Positions 1-9,512 are shown, numbered from the stretch's first letter. The stretch is 64,000 bases of DNA from Armatimonadota bacterium (GCA_016223145.1 JACRPN010000006.1:120211-184210), one strand, 5' to 3'. Notes: generated by a model not told the origin, from the letters alone. A program made the numbers and translations.

Positions 1-347
1 GCTCCAACTTCACCCACCTCGTTTCAGTCCGCAAAATGTGGCTCGAAGAAAAGATGGCGAAGGAGGCCGCCGGCATCCCTAAGCTCGACTGGAAAACCGC
101 CAACAGGGAAGAGATGCGGAGCGGGCTGGAAATCAGTTCAGATCTGATGGTCCAACTGCTTGAGCGCAAGGCTGCACAAACAAAGCCGAGCAAGTGGTCC
201 TTACCCCTGTTCTTCGCCTACTGCATCGCCCATGAAGCACACCACCGCTCCCAAATCGAGATCGCGCTGAGAATGGCCGGCCGCGAACCCGAGGACGCGG
301 TTCTCTATGGACTCTGGGAATGGGGCAGCTTTGTCCCCAAGCCCTGA
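1..347 (+). CDS. DinB/YfiT-like (DinB_2 family) protein, C-terminal part; probably N-terminally truncated by window edge
   Basis: C-terminal HEAHHRSQIE motif typical of DinB_2 metal-binding four-helix-bundle proteins; the frame stays open back to position 3, so the true start probably lies upstream of the window. Confidence 0.45.
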   Translation, partial: SNFTHLVSVRKMWLEEKMAKEAAGIPKLDWKTANREEMRSGLEISSDLMVQLLERKAAQTKPSKWSLPLFFAYCIAHEAHHRSQIEIALRMAGREPEDAVLYGLWEWGSFVPKP

Positions 348-644
348 GCCGCAACCCGCCACGGCAGCACAACCGTGCCGTCCCAACACTCGCTTGACTC
401 AATGAGGGCCGAAGCACTGCTCACTCACGTGGCCTTGATGACGGGCCCAACGGGCCGACCAATCTAGGCGAAGCGCGGGAGCCCTAGATTTCGTGAATCA
501 AGCTTGACAGAGCTTTGCAGGCGCGACATAGGGTGTGTCCGGTGGCGGAATAACAGGCGCCGAACGCCCACACGGTACGAACGGCGCCTGGCTCCCACGC
601 TACGGGTCTGCTTTACCTTTGACTCCGATCTGACAACAACCCAC

Positions 645-1328
645 TCACTCCGCCGCCTTTTCTTCCTTTGGCATAAACACCGACTGGTATAGCAACGCCG
701 CAACGATGCCGCCCAACACCGGCGCCAGCAGGTAAACGGCCAAGTTCCCCATATCTCCGGTCGCGAGGGCCGGTCCAAAGTACCTCGCAGGGTTGAACGA
801 TCCGCCCGAAACAAAGCCGATGGACAATGCCATCGCCGACACAACCATGCCTACGAACCAGCCCCCCATCTTGGGCGCGCGGCTATCGATCGCAGTGCCG
901 AAGACCGTGAAGACGAGGAAGAACGTTCCGATTGCCTCAGCCAGGATCACCTGCAATTGGCTTGCGTCGCCAAGCGGAGTGGGAGTGATGCCGCTGATCG
1001 ACATCGGGTTATGTAACTCGGGGACCGTCATCGCCAGAACCTTGACCGCGACCAAGGCCCCCGCAAGCTGGGCAATGACGTATCCGGCGGCATCCCCCGC
1101 CTTGATCTTGCCCGCGATGAGCGCCCCAAGGGTCACTGCCGGGTTAATGTGCCCACCGCTGATGGCGGCTGTTGCCGTGATCATGATGGCAAGAGCCAGG
1201 CCATGGGCGAGGGCGGGGGCGACGCCTCCAGCTGCGCCCGGCGCCGTCGTGGCGCAGACTGAAGCCACGCCCAGAAATACGAAGCCAAAGGTGCCGACGA
1301 ATTCGGCGAGCCACGCCTTGTAGTTCAT
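645..1328 (-). CDS. aqpZ: aquaporin Z / MIP-family water channel
   Basis: Two NPA motifs (HINPAVT, SFNPARY), six predicted TM segments, 227 aa, N-terminal MNYKAWLAEFVGTF typical of AqpZ. Confidence 0.85.
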   Translation of the reverse strand: MNYKAWLAEFVGTFGFVFLGVASVCATTAPGAAGGVAPALAHGLALAIMITATAAISGGHINPAVTLGALIAGKIKAGDAAGYVIAQLAGALVAVKVLAMTVPELHNPMSISGITPTPLGDASQLQVILAEAIGTFFLVFTVFGTAIDSRAPKMGGWFVGMVVSAMALSIGFVSGGSFNPARYFGPALATGDMGNLAVYLLAPVLGGIVAALLYQSVFMPKEEKAAE

Positions 1329-1395
1329 CCTATCCCTCCAATGTGGCTAGGACGGACGTCTAATTGGATAAGGAGCGGGCAAAAACCCAGCCCAA

Positions 1396-2400
1396 TTAAG
1401 CCCAGGGCTTCGCATTGGGCCCGAAATTGGCGTTGTAGTACTCGGAAACGTGCGTTCCCGGCGCGATCACCGCGTCGACCGCCTTCATTACCTTTTCCGA
1501 AAGCTTCATCTGGCAGGCAGCGGCAGACTCCTCCAACTGGGACTCGGTGCGCGCGCCGATGATCGGCGCGGTGATTCCGGGCTGGCCCGCGACCCACGCC
1601 AGACTCAGAGTGGCCAAAGTCATCCCGTTCCGGTCGGCGATCCGCTTGAGCCTGGAGACCACCTGCGAGGACCGAGCGTTTACGCGCTTCATCGGGTCGC
1701 TGGTGGCATAGCGCGCACGGCCCGCGGTGGAGCCGAGGTATTTGCCGCTCAACTGGCCTCCAGCCAAGGGCGACCATGGGATCACACCCCAGTCGTAGGT
1801 CCGGCAGAAGGGAAGGAACTCTCGCTCGATGCGCCGGTCGAGCAGGTTGTAGGGCGGCTGCTCGCAAACGAAGCCGTGGGTCCCCAGCGATTTAGCGACA
1901 TAGTGCGCTTCGCAGGCCTGCCAAGCGGCGTAGGTGGATGTCCCAACGTACCGCACCTTCCCAGCCCGGATTAGGTCATCGAGCGCGCGCAGCGTCTCGT
2001 CGATCGGAATCGTCGGCTGGGGACGATGAATCTGATAGAGGTCGATCCAGTCCGTGCCCAAGCGCTTGAGCGAGGCCTCGCATGCCTCGATCACATGCCG
2101 CCGCGAGTTGCCCCAGGCGTTCGGGTCGTCGTCGGCCATCCGGCCGTGGCACTTGGTGGCAAGCACCAGCTTGTCGCGCTTGCCCTTGATCGCCTTGCCG
2201 AGGATCGTCTCAGAAACGCCCCTGGCGTAAACATCGGCGCAATCGAAGAAGTTGATGCCGAGGTCGAGCGCTTTTGCGGCGATCGTCAGCGCCTCCTCCT
2301 CTTGCGATCCCCAATCGTCGGGCTCCCACCCAAAGGTCATCGTCCCCATGCACGCCACGGAGACCTGCATTCCGGTCCTTCCTAGTGATCGATACTCCAC
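1396..2400 (-). CDS. aldo/keto reductase family oxidoreductase
   Basis: N-terminal MEYRSLGRTGMQVSVACMGTMTFG, FDCADVYA, the IPWSPLAGG motif, 334 aa; classic AKR (Tas/YajO-like) signature. Confidence 0.8.
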   Translation of the reverse strand: MEYRSLGRTGMQVSVACMGTMTFGWEPDDWGSQEEEALTIAAKALDLGINFFDCADVYARGVSETILGKAIKGKRDKLVLATKCHGRMADDDPNAWGNSRRHVIEACEASLKRLGTDWIDLYQIHRPQPTIPIDETLRALDDLIRAGKVRYVGTSTYAAWQACEAHYVAKSLGTHGFVCEQPPYNLLDRRIEREFLPFCRTYDWGVIPWSPLAGGQLSGKYLGSTAGRARYATSDPMKRVNARSSQVVSRLKRIADRNGMTLATLSLAWVAGQPGITAPIIGARTESQLEESAAACQMKLSEKVMKAVDAVIAPGTHVSEYYNANFGPNAKPWA

Positions 2401-2698
2401 TGCTGGGATTTACCCCATCCCGGGGCATTGCGTCATCGATGCCGGACCAGGCCGACTCAATCTGCACCGAAACCGCCCAAAGATGTAGAACGCTATGACG
2501 CCCATCATAGTGGACGAAAAAGTCAAGAATGTTCAATCAATCTATACATTTATTCGTTGTATCTTCATCGGGCATTGAGTCAACATCCCCGACGCGTGAA
2601 ACGTAGTAGATTGCCCATAGTTGCTATAGAATTGCGCTGGGCGAGCGCCCTGAAGTCGCCAATCATGCCGTGAAGCGTGGATCGGTACCATCGTAGCG

Positions 2699-3811
2699 AT
2701 GAACTACCCGGCGGTCGATCCTATCCCGATACCGGCGCCAATCTGGCTGCTGAAGCTGCTGAGCTACGTGACCCTCGCGCTTCATTTTGCCGCTGTGATG
2801 ATCCTGGTAGGCAGCCTGATTCTGGTCATCTACCACAACCTTCGCGGCAGAACCAAAAAGAACGCCGACCTACTGTCGGCTTCGTTTGTCATAGCGCGCA
2901 GGCTCCCCGTCCTGATGACCTTCGTGATCAACCTGGGGGTCCCGCCACTCTTGTTTGCCCAGGTGCTCTATGGCCGGGCGCTCTATTCGAGCAGCATCCT
3001 TATCGGAGCCATGTGGTTCTCCGTGATCCTGCTCTTGATGCTGGTTTACTGGCTGCTCTATCGCCTGTCGTCAGCGATCGAACTCGGCAAGCCAGGCTGG
3101 CCTATTGCTTCGCTTGCGTTCCTCGTCACGCTGGGGGTTGGCCAGATTTACACGATGAACATGACCCTCATGCTCAGGCCCGAAGCTTGGAAAGATCTCT
3201 ACCTCCAGAGCCCTTCAGGACTCCAGGGGCCAGGGTCCGATCCCACGATGATGCCGCGCTGGCTCTTCGTGATGGCCGGCGGCCTGGTGTTCGGAGGGCT
3301 TTGGGCGCTCATGCTCTCGAACATGAAGCACATCGGAGACGCCGTGCCTCGCATCCTTCGCCGGAGCGGCGGGGCGATGGCGGCCATTGGTGCTCTGGCG
3401 CAGCTCTTCTTCGCCTACCAGACCGTCCAAGCGCAGAAGCCGGAGGTCCTCGAGGGCATCAAGGGAAGCATCGTGCACACCTCGGGCGGCTATCTGTTCG
3501 CGGTGGGAATCGTCTTGGCCACCGTGCTTGTGTCGATTCAGGGGCTGACGACAAAGTCGAGCGTGTTCCTTGCCGTGGTTGGCCTGCTCGCCGGCTTTCT
3601 GAGCGCCGCTGGAGCCGTCATCTACCGAGACGGCATCCGAGACTTCACGCTTAAAGCAAAAGGCTTCGATGTGTGGCAGCGCGCAGAGTTCAGCAATTGG
3701 AGCGTCATCGCCCTGTTCCTCTTCCTCTTCGTGGTGATGCTCGCGGTGGTCGTCTGGCTGCTGCTCGTGATGAAGCGCGCGAGCGCTCCGAAGGAACAGG
3801 TGGCTCAATGA
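2699..3811 (+). CDS. polytopic membrane protein, CydA-like (cytochrome bd subunit I-like) paralog lacking the cyt c domain; first gene of a Rieske/cyt b operon
   Basis: 370 aa, about 9 TM segments; N-terminus MNYPAVDPIPIPAPIW...LALHFAAVMILVGS parallels MNYPVWDVPIIGGPWV...AIFHVLIAWFAV of the gene at 5380; the pattern resembles the CydA N-terminus (conserved His in helix 1); its stop overlaps the Rieske start (ATGA at 3808-3811). Confidence 0.5.
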   Translation: MNYPAVDPIPIPAPIWLLKLLSYVTLALHFAAVMILVGSLILVIYHNLRGRTKKNADLLSASFVIARRLPVLMTFVINLGVPPLLFAQVLYGRALYSSSILIGAMWFSVILLLMLVYWLLYRLSSAIELGKPGWPIASLAFLVTLGVGQIYTMNMTLMLRPEAWKDLYLQSPSGLQGPGSDPTMMPRWLFVMAGGLVFGGLWALMLSNMKHIGDAVPRILRRSGGAMAAIGALAQLFFAYQTVQAQKPEVLEGIKGSIVHTSGGYLFAVGIVLATVLVSIQGLTTKSSVFLAVVGLLAGFLSAAGAVIYRDGIRDFTLKAKGFDVWQRAEFSNWSVIALFLFLFVVMLAVVVWLLLVMKRASAPKEQVAQ

Positions 3812-4296
3812 TGGATGAATCGAAACTAAACGCCGAGCCCACGGAAGCGCTGGGCACAGAGACCTCTCGGCGAACCTTTGTGCGCGTGGCGGTTGCGGGC
3901 ATGGGGCTGGCTTACGCCGGCGCCATCGGCTACCCCATCTTTCGCTACCTCAACTCCAACGTCGAAAAAGAAGCCGAGCTTGCCGCGATTAAGGAGGTCA
4001 CTCTCAAAGACGCCGGCAAGCTGCCCAAGGGCTCGATTCTCATGTTCAAGTTTGGGCCCAGGCCGGCCATGCTCATCCACCACGCCGACGACACCTGGTC
4101 GGCCTTTGAAGCGGTCTGTACGCACATGGGGTGCACGGTCGGTTACGATGCCGCCCGCGAGCGAATCGCCTGCCAGTGCCATGGCGGGCAGTACGACCCC
4201 AAGACCGGCGAAAACGTGGGTGGGCCGCCGCCCCGGCCGCTCATGAAATACAACCTCGTAATGTCCAAAGGACTGGCAACGGTAACAAGGATCTAG
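3808..4296 (+). CDS. petC: Rieske [2Fe-2S] iron-sulfur protein of a cytochrome bc/b6f-type complex
   Basis: Cluster-binding boxes CTHMGC and CQCHGGQY; N-terminal Tat-like/TM anchor RRTFVRVAVAGMGLAY; ATG at 3808 overlaps the upstream stop; the ORF-track start at 3673 is an upstream in-frame extension. Confidence 0.85.
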   Translation: MMDESKLNAEPTEALGTETSRRTFVRVAVAGMGLAYAGAIGYPIFRYLNSNVEKEAELAAIKEVTLKDAGKLPKGSILMFKFGPRPAMLIHHADDTWSAFEAVCTHMGCTVGYDAARERIACQCHGGQYDPKTGENVGGPPPRPLMKYNLVMSKGLATVTRI

Positions 4297-4298
4297 CC

Positions 4299-5369
4299 AT
4301 GGCAAAGGTCAGCACGTACATCGTCGAAAGACTAGGCCTGCAGGACACTCTGCAATATGCGTCTCAGAAGGCAGTGCCGCAGCACAAGCACAGCTTCTGG
4401 TACTTCTGGGGCGGCATATCCCTCTTCAGCTTTCTCATCCAAGTGGTGACCGGAATCCTGCTCATGGTTTATTACCGGCCCGGTCCGGAAGCCCACGAAT
4501 CCGTCCGGCAGATTACGTACCAGATGAACTTCGGGTGGCTCATCCGCTCGACCCACAACTGGGCAGCGTCGATCTTCATCGTCTCGATCTTCGTGCACAT
4601 GTTCTCGGTCTACTTCATGAAGGCGTACCGAAAACCGCGCGAATTCCTCTGGCTCAGCGGGGTTGTCCTGCTACTGTTGGGTTTGACCTTCGGTTTCAGC
4701 GGCTACCTCTTGCCGATGGACATGCTCTCCTACTTCGCCACGAAAGTAGGTCTCGAAATCCCAAAGTCGCTGCCGTTCATCGGCCCTGCGGTCGCCGATA
4801 TCCTTCGCGGAGGTATCGACGTCACCGAATTCACGGTGCAGCGGTTCTTCGCGCTCCACACCGTGATCCTCCCCATGGTCTTCATCCCCTTCCTGCTCGC
4901 GCACCTGTGGATGGTGCAGAAGCATGGGAACAGCCTGCCGGAGAGCGAGGAGGCCAAGCCCGAGACCGATAGGAAGTCCATCCCGTTCTTCCCGAACTTC
5001 CTGATGCAAGACCTGGCCATGTGGCTGATCGCTCTGAACGTGATCGCGCTCCTCGCCGCGATGTTCCCCTGGCAGCTCGGCGAACCTGCGGACCCGCTCA
5101 AGCCGGCGCCGGTAGGCATCCACCCCGAGTGGTACTTCATGAGCCCCTTCCAGACCCTCAAGCTCATCGGGAAGCTGATTCCCGGCGCAGCGGGCGAGGT
5201 AATCGGCATGTCCGTTTTCACCCTCGGCATGGTGCTCTGGATCCTGATTCCGTTCTACGACGTGAAGAGCAAGGGCGCCCAGCGGGCCAAGCGTGCGACC
5301 TATTTCGGACTGCTGGCGCTGTTCATTCTGGTCGGGACGTCCGCCTGGGGATACCTGGGAGTGCAGTAG
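4299..5369 (+). CDS. petB: cytochrome b (fused b6/subunit IV-type) of a quinol:cytochrome c oxidoreductase
   Basis: Paired His in helices B and D (HNWAASIFIVSIFVHM, ALHTVILPM...AHLW), Qo-site PEWY motif (HPEWYF), 356 aa; ATG at 4299 lies 3 nt after the Rieske stop. Confidence 0.9.
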   Translation: MAKVSTYIVERLGLQDTLQYASQKAVPQHKHSFWYFWGGISLFSFLIQVVTGILLMVYYRPGPEAHESVRQITYQMNFGWLIRSTHNWAASIFIVSIFVHMFSVYFMKAYRKPREFLWLSGVVLLLLGLTFGFSGYLLPMDMLSYFATKVGLEIPKSLPFIGPAVADILRGGIDVTEFTVQRFFALHTVILPMVFIPFLLAHLWMVQKHGNSLPESEEAKPETDRKSIPFFPNFLMQDLAMWLIALNVIALLAAMFPWQLGEPADPLKPAPVGIHPEWYFMSPFQTLKLIGKLIPGAAGEVIGMSVFTLGMVLWILIPFYDVKSKGAQRAKRATYFGLLALFILVGTSAWGYLGVQ

Positions 5370-5379
5370 GAGATAACAG

Positions 5380-6777
5380 ATGAATTATCCAGTTTGGGAT
5401 GTTCCAATTATCGGCGGACCGTGGGTCATCGGCATCGTCGCGATCTTCCATGTGCTCATCGCATGGTTCGCGGTCGGCGGAGGGCTCTACCTCCCGATGG
5501 CCGAATCGAAGCTCTACAGGGAAGGCAGGGAAGAGTGGCTGCCCGTGCTCATGAAGCATTCCAGGTTCTTCCTCGTGCTCACGAGCGTCTTTGGCGCCAT
5601 CTCGGGCGTCGGCATCTGGTTCTCGATCGGCTTGGTGCACCCCGAAGCGACCTCGACCCTCATCCACAACTTCCTCTTCGGCTGGGCGATCGAGTGGGTG
5701 TTCTTCGTGGTCGAGCTCGCGGCAGCGGCGGTCTACTACTTCACTTGGAATCGCATCCCCCGTGAGCTTCATCTCAAGGTGGGCTATCTCTACGCCATCG
5801 CGTCGTTCCTGACGCTGGTCATCATCAACGGAATCCTCTCCTTCATGCTCACCCCCGGTGGCGCCTGGCTCGAGGTGGCTGGAACCGGGCAGGAGGCCTC
5901 CAAGTTCTGGTTTGCCTTCTTCAATCCGACCTATGTCCCGTCGCTCATCATGCGGAGCCTAGCGTGTACCGCGCTGGCTGGGATCTACGCGCTCATCAGC
6001 TATTCGATGGTGTCCGATCCGGGACTCCAAAACACAAAGGTCCATATGGTTCGGTGGTCTGCCAAGTGGCTCACGCCGATCTTCTTCCTGATGCCGGTTG
6101 CCCTCATATGGATGCTCTTGGCGATGTCGGCGGAGAGCCGAAGCCTGCTGGAGCTTGGGATGTCCACCATCGGCTCAGGAGCCTTCACCCAGGTCACAAG
6201 GATCGCCATGCTGACCATCCTGACGACCTTCACCATCGGCGGTGTCGTCTATTTCTTCGCCTATCGATCACCGCGCGACTTTTCGCTGGGGCATGCCATC
6301 TCCATTCTGGCGCTCGCCGCCGTGGCGACGGCATCCACAGAATTCGCCCGCGAAATGGTTCGAAAACCCTATGTGATCGGCGAGCACATGTATAGCAATG
6401 GGGTCCGTGTGAGGGACGTTCAGAAGCTGAACCGGGACGGATATTTGACAGGCTCGCTCTGGAAGGAAGAGCACATGGGGCGCGCAGAAATGGGCGAGAT
6501 CATCTTCCGGGGCGAGTGTATGAGCTGCCACACCGTGGACGGCTACCGATCAATGAGACGGCTCCTGCAGGCGCGAAACGAGGATGCGATCAAGAAGCTC
6601 CTCGCCATGCTCCACAACCCGCCAAAGGACTCCCCGTACAGGAAGTACATGCCTCCGCTGGTGGGCACTCCCGAAGAGATCGACGCCCTCGCCGGCTACC
6701 TCGTCGTGCTCTCAGGCCCACCCGCACCAGGTTCACCACCGGCAGCCCAACCACAACCATCCACCAAAACGCCTTGA
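5380..6777 (+). CDS. membrane-integral c-type cytochrome: CydA-like polytopic N-domain fused to a C-terminal monoheme cytochrome c domain
   Basis: About 370-aa multi-TM N-domain paralogous to the gene at 2699; C-terminal soluble domain carries a single CMSCH (CxxCH) followed by a Pro/Ala-rich tail; immediately downstream of cyt b. Confidence 0.7.
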   Translation: MNYPVWDVPIIGGPWVIGIVAIFHVLIAWFAVGGGLYLPMAESKLYREGREEWLPVLMKHSRFFLVLTSVFGAISGVGIWFSIGLVHPEATSTLIHNFLFGWAIEWVFFVVELAAAAVYYFTWNRIPRELHLKVGYLYAIASFLTLVIINGILSFMLTPGGAWLEVAGTGQEASKFWFAFFNPTYVPSLIMRSLACTALAGIYALISYSMVSDPGLQNTKVHMVRWSAKWLTPIFFLMPVALIWMLLAMSAESRSLLELGMSTIGSGAFTQVTRIAMLTILTTFTIGGVVYFFAYRSPRDFSLGHAISILALAAVATASTEFAREMVRKPYVIGEHMYSNGVRVRDVQKLNRDGYLTGSLWKEEHMGRAEMGEIIFRGECMSCHTVDGYRSMRRLLQARNEDAIKKLLAMLHNPPKDSPYRKYMPPLVGTPEEIDALAGYLVVLSGPPAPGSPPAAQPQPSTKTP

Positions 6778-6889
6778 ACCCAAAGGGTCTGCTGAAAAAC
6801 GACTTCCAGCAGGACGGTCGGGGTTTGACCCCAACGGGGTCAGCAGAAAGTAGCCAGGGGTTGAGCGAAGCGAAACCCCTGCAGAGCCG

Positions 6890-9394
6890 TCAACCCTTCC
6901 CCCCATGATCCTTCATTTCGGCGCTCTTGCGGTCGTTCGCGCCCAGCAGGTGCTCGGCGAAATACTCCATGGTCATCTGGCTGAAGTAGGTTTGCATCGG
7001 CCCATACCCGTGCGCCTGACCGGGGAACAGGATGAAGTCGAACCGCTTGTTCGCTTTGATCAACGCGTCCACGAGCCGGTAGGTGTTCGCCGGGTGGACG
7101 TTGTTATCCATGTCGCCCGTCGCGAGGAGGAGTTTGCCCTTCAGGTTCGCTGCGAGCTCGACCGTCGTCGGCACCTTGATCTCAAGCTTGGTCTCGGTCT
7201 CCAGCGGGATGATCTTGCCGTCCTTGTCCTTCTTCGGCACCTTGGTTTCCTTGATGCCGTGGTACTGCTCGCTCCAGTTGTCGTTGTAGATGTTGTTGTC
7301 GTGGTTGCCGGATGAGCTGACACCGACCTTGAAGAAGTCGTTGTAAGGCGGCAAGAGCAGAGCCGCGGCGGTCATGAATCCCCCGCCGGAGTGCCCGTAG
7401 ATCCCGACCCGTTCGATGTCAATCCAGGCGTACTTGCTCGCGAGCTGCTCGATGCCGGCTTTCTTGTCGGCAAGGCCGTAGTCGCGCAGGTTGAAGTAGC
7501 TGTAGCTCTGATAGGCGTTGGATCGCGCGGGGTTGCCGCCCCGATTGCCGATCTGGATCACGATGAACCCAAGCTGTGCGAGCCGCTGGTCGCCGGCGGA
7601 AGCCGAGAACGTGGAGGCAACGCTCTCGGTCTGAGGTCCCGGATAGACGTGGGCGATCACTGGATAGCTCTTGTGCGGGTTGAAGTCAAACGGCTTCCAC
7701 AGGTTGCCGTAGATGTTGGTGACCCCATCAGCCGCCTTGACCACGAAAGTCTCCGGCATTTTCCAGCCCGTCTCATACAACCGGCTCAGGTCGGCCTTCT
7801 CCAGCGGCAGAAGCTCCTTGCCGTTCTCGTCTCGAAGCACGGATTCGGGCGCAAGGTCCACCCGCGAGTAGTTGTCCACGACGAACTTCTTGCTGGGTGC
7901 GAGCACGGAGTTGTGGTCGGCGTTTCCAGGATCGAGAAGCGTAATGCTCTTGCCGTCAGGGCTGACCCGGTACAGATGGCGATAGTAGGGGTTCTCTCCC
8001 TCCTCGCGGCCAACGCCACGAACCCAAGCCGTACCCTTGTCCTCGTCGAGCTCAGCGATTTGGTCGAACCGCGAGGGTCCTTCCGTCATCGCGTTCTTCA
8101 GCTTGCCGTCTTGCCCGTAGAGATAGTAATGCCCCCAGCCCGTCCGTTCAGACCACCAGATGAAATCGCCGTTCTTGAGCCTCCGTGGCGCCTGCACCTC
8201 AAGATTGGCCTGCTCGATCGACTCGGAGAGAAGCACCTTCACCGAGCCCGCCTTCGGGTCGTATTCGCAATAGTCCAGGTTCCGCTGGAGCCGGTCGCGC
8301 CGGCAGAACCGCATGAGGCTGGAGTCTCCATTCCAACTCATGTTCATGAGCCGTTGATCCTGCCACTTGCCCACGTTGGCCGTCTTTAGCTTCTTCTCGG
8401 CTTTATCGAATGTGAAGAGCTCGGTCTGGGTGACGTCGGCCTCGCCGGGCATTGCATAACGATATTGCGAGAGCGTGGGCCGAGGCTGCGCCAGGTTGTT
8501 GACCAAGAACAGCTCCTTGACCTTGCGCGAGTCGCTCCGCGTCACATAGAACATGCTCGAATCTTTCGACCACGTCACGTTGGCTCTCACTCGGCGCTCC
8601 GGCGGCTGGTTGGTCTGCTGGCCGGTTCCGCCTTGCACCAGGTCCTCGATCTGCTGTTGCTGCTGTTGCTGCTGTTGCTGCTGGAACTGCTGAAACTGCT
8701 GGCGATCCTCATAGCTGCCAAAGCTGAAATAGCGCTCGCCGTCCTTGGAGAGCTGGACCGGATTCTTCTCGTCGGCCACTTCGACGAAATAGAGGTTGTG
8801 GTCAAGGGCGTAGACGTAGGCCTTTCGATCCGGGGAGTAGTTCCGGAAGCCATCTGCGGCATTGGCGCCCTGACCACCTCCGCCACCTTGGCCGCCACGA
8901 TTCCCGCCACCGCGACCCCCCCCGCCCGGGGGCCCGCCTGCCGGAGCGGCTCCACCGGCAGGTGCATCGCCTAAGAGCTTGAGTGTCCCTTTGGCAATAT
9001 CGTACTCATACCGCTTGGCGTCGACCGTAAACGTGAAGGTGTCTCCCTTATCCGAAAACGTGAGCGTCGTGATGGCCAAATTGGTGATGTCGTAGGGCTT
9101 CTTTCCAAGCTCCGAAAGCTGAGCCGCCATCTTGTTGGAATCGAAGAGCGGCTGCTTCTTGCGCGCCTTGCAGTCGACGATATAGAACTTGACGCCCTCC
9201 CGATCCTGCCACCGGTACCAGAACTTGTCTTGGTCCTTGAGCCAACCGGGCGTCACCGCGGTGCTGTAGGTGTACTGCCGGATGAACTCGTTCGTGAACT
9301 TGTCGGCGAGCTTCCAGTTGGCGGTCTCTACGGCGGGAGCCAGGGGTTGCGCGGCGAGAGAAACCCCAAATAGGAGAGCGGTTAACGAAGTCAT
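6890..9394 (-). CDS. S9 family serine peptidase (dipeptidyl-peptidase IV / prolyl oligopeptidase-like), secreted, with low-complexity insert
   Basis: Signal peptide MTSLTALLFGVSLAAQPLAPA; DPP-IV-like beta-propeller N-domain; catalytic GHSGGGF (GxSxGG) plus downstream Asp/His; insert GGAAPAGGPPGGGGRGGGNRGGQGGGGGQG and QQFQQFQQQQQQQQQQQ; ATG verified at 9394. Confidence 0.8.
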   Translation of the reverse strand: MTSLTALLFGVSLAAQPLAPAVETANWKLADKFTNEFIRQYTYSTAVTPGWLKDQDKFWYRWQDREGVKFYIVDCKARKKQPLFDSNKMAAQLSELGKKPYDITNLAITTLTFSDKGDTFTFTVDAKRYEYDIAKGTLKLLGDAPAGGAAPAGGPPGGGGRGGGNRGGQGGGGGQGANAADGFRNYSPDRKAYVYALDHNLYFVEVADEKNPVQLSKDGERYFSFGSYEDRQQFQQFQQQQQQQQQQQIEDLVQGGTGQQTNQPPERRVRANVTWSKDSSMFYVTRSDSRKVKELFLVNNLAQPRPTLSQYRYAMPGEADVTQTELFTFDKAEKKLKTANVGKWQDQRLMNMSWNGDSSLMRFCRRDRLQRNLDYCEYDPKAGSVKVLLSESIEQANLEVQAPRRLKNGDFIWWSERTGWGHYYLYGQDGKLKNAMTEGPSRFDQIAELDEDKGTAWVRGVGREEGENPYYRHLYRVSPDGKSITLLDPGNADHNSVLAPSKKFVVDNYSRVDLAPESVLRDENGKELLPLEKADLSRLYETGWKMPETFVVKAADGVTNIYGNLWKPFDFNPHKSYPVIAHVYPGPQTESVASTFSASAGDQRLAQLGFIVIQIGNRGGNPARSNAYQSYSYFNLRDYGLADKKAGIEQLASKYAWIDIERVGIYGHSGGGFMTAAALLLPPYNDFFKVGVSSSGNHDNNIYNDNWSEQYHGIKETKVPKKDKDGKIIPLETETKLEIKVPTTVELAANLKGKLLLATGDMDNNVHPANTYRLVDALIKANKRFDFILFPGQAHGYGPMQTYFSQMTMEYFAEHLLGANDRKSAEMKDHGGKG

Positions 9395-9512
9395 GGGACG
9401 GGTATTCGATTGCCGCGACAACAATTCCTCCGTATGCCACGAGATTGGGCCGGTAAGCAGTATTTTGGTCCGAACTTGATTTAGCCCCGGCAAAGGTCAA
9501 TAATCATCCATC

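Noticed and set aside
3673-3807. N-terminal 45-aa extension of the Rieske ORF (start 3673)
   Set aside because: The extension overlaps the upstream gene and is Arg-rich nonsense; ATG at 3808 overlaps the upstream stop (ATGA) and gives a proper TM/Tat-like N-terminus.
4131-4298. N-terminal extension of the cytochrome b ORF (start 4131)
   Set aside because: It overlaps the Rieske gene in another frame; ATG 4299 sits 3 nt after the Rieske stop and begins the conserved MAKVSTYIVERLG N-terminus.
7391-8389. 332-aa + strand ORF inside the S9 peptidase gene (also 27150..28814 -, 50522..51628 -, 56050..57060 -, 18763..19473 +, 19671..20525 +, 63046..63842 +)
   Set aside because: All are antisense shadow ORFs opposite well-supported genes (S9 peptidase, histidine kinase, phosphoesterase, feoB, aroA, tyrA, hypothetical) with Arg/Ala/Pro-biased composition.
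9048-9500. 150-aa - strand ORF overlapping the 5' end of the S9 peptidase region
   Set aside because: Different frame overlapping the verified peptidase N-terminus/signal peptide; no support.
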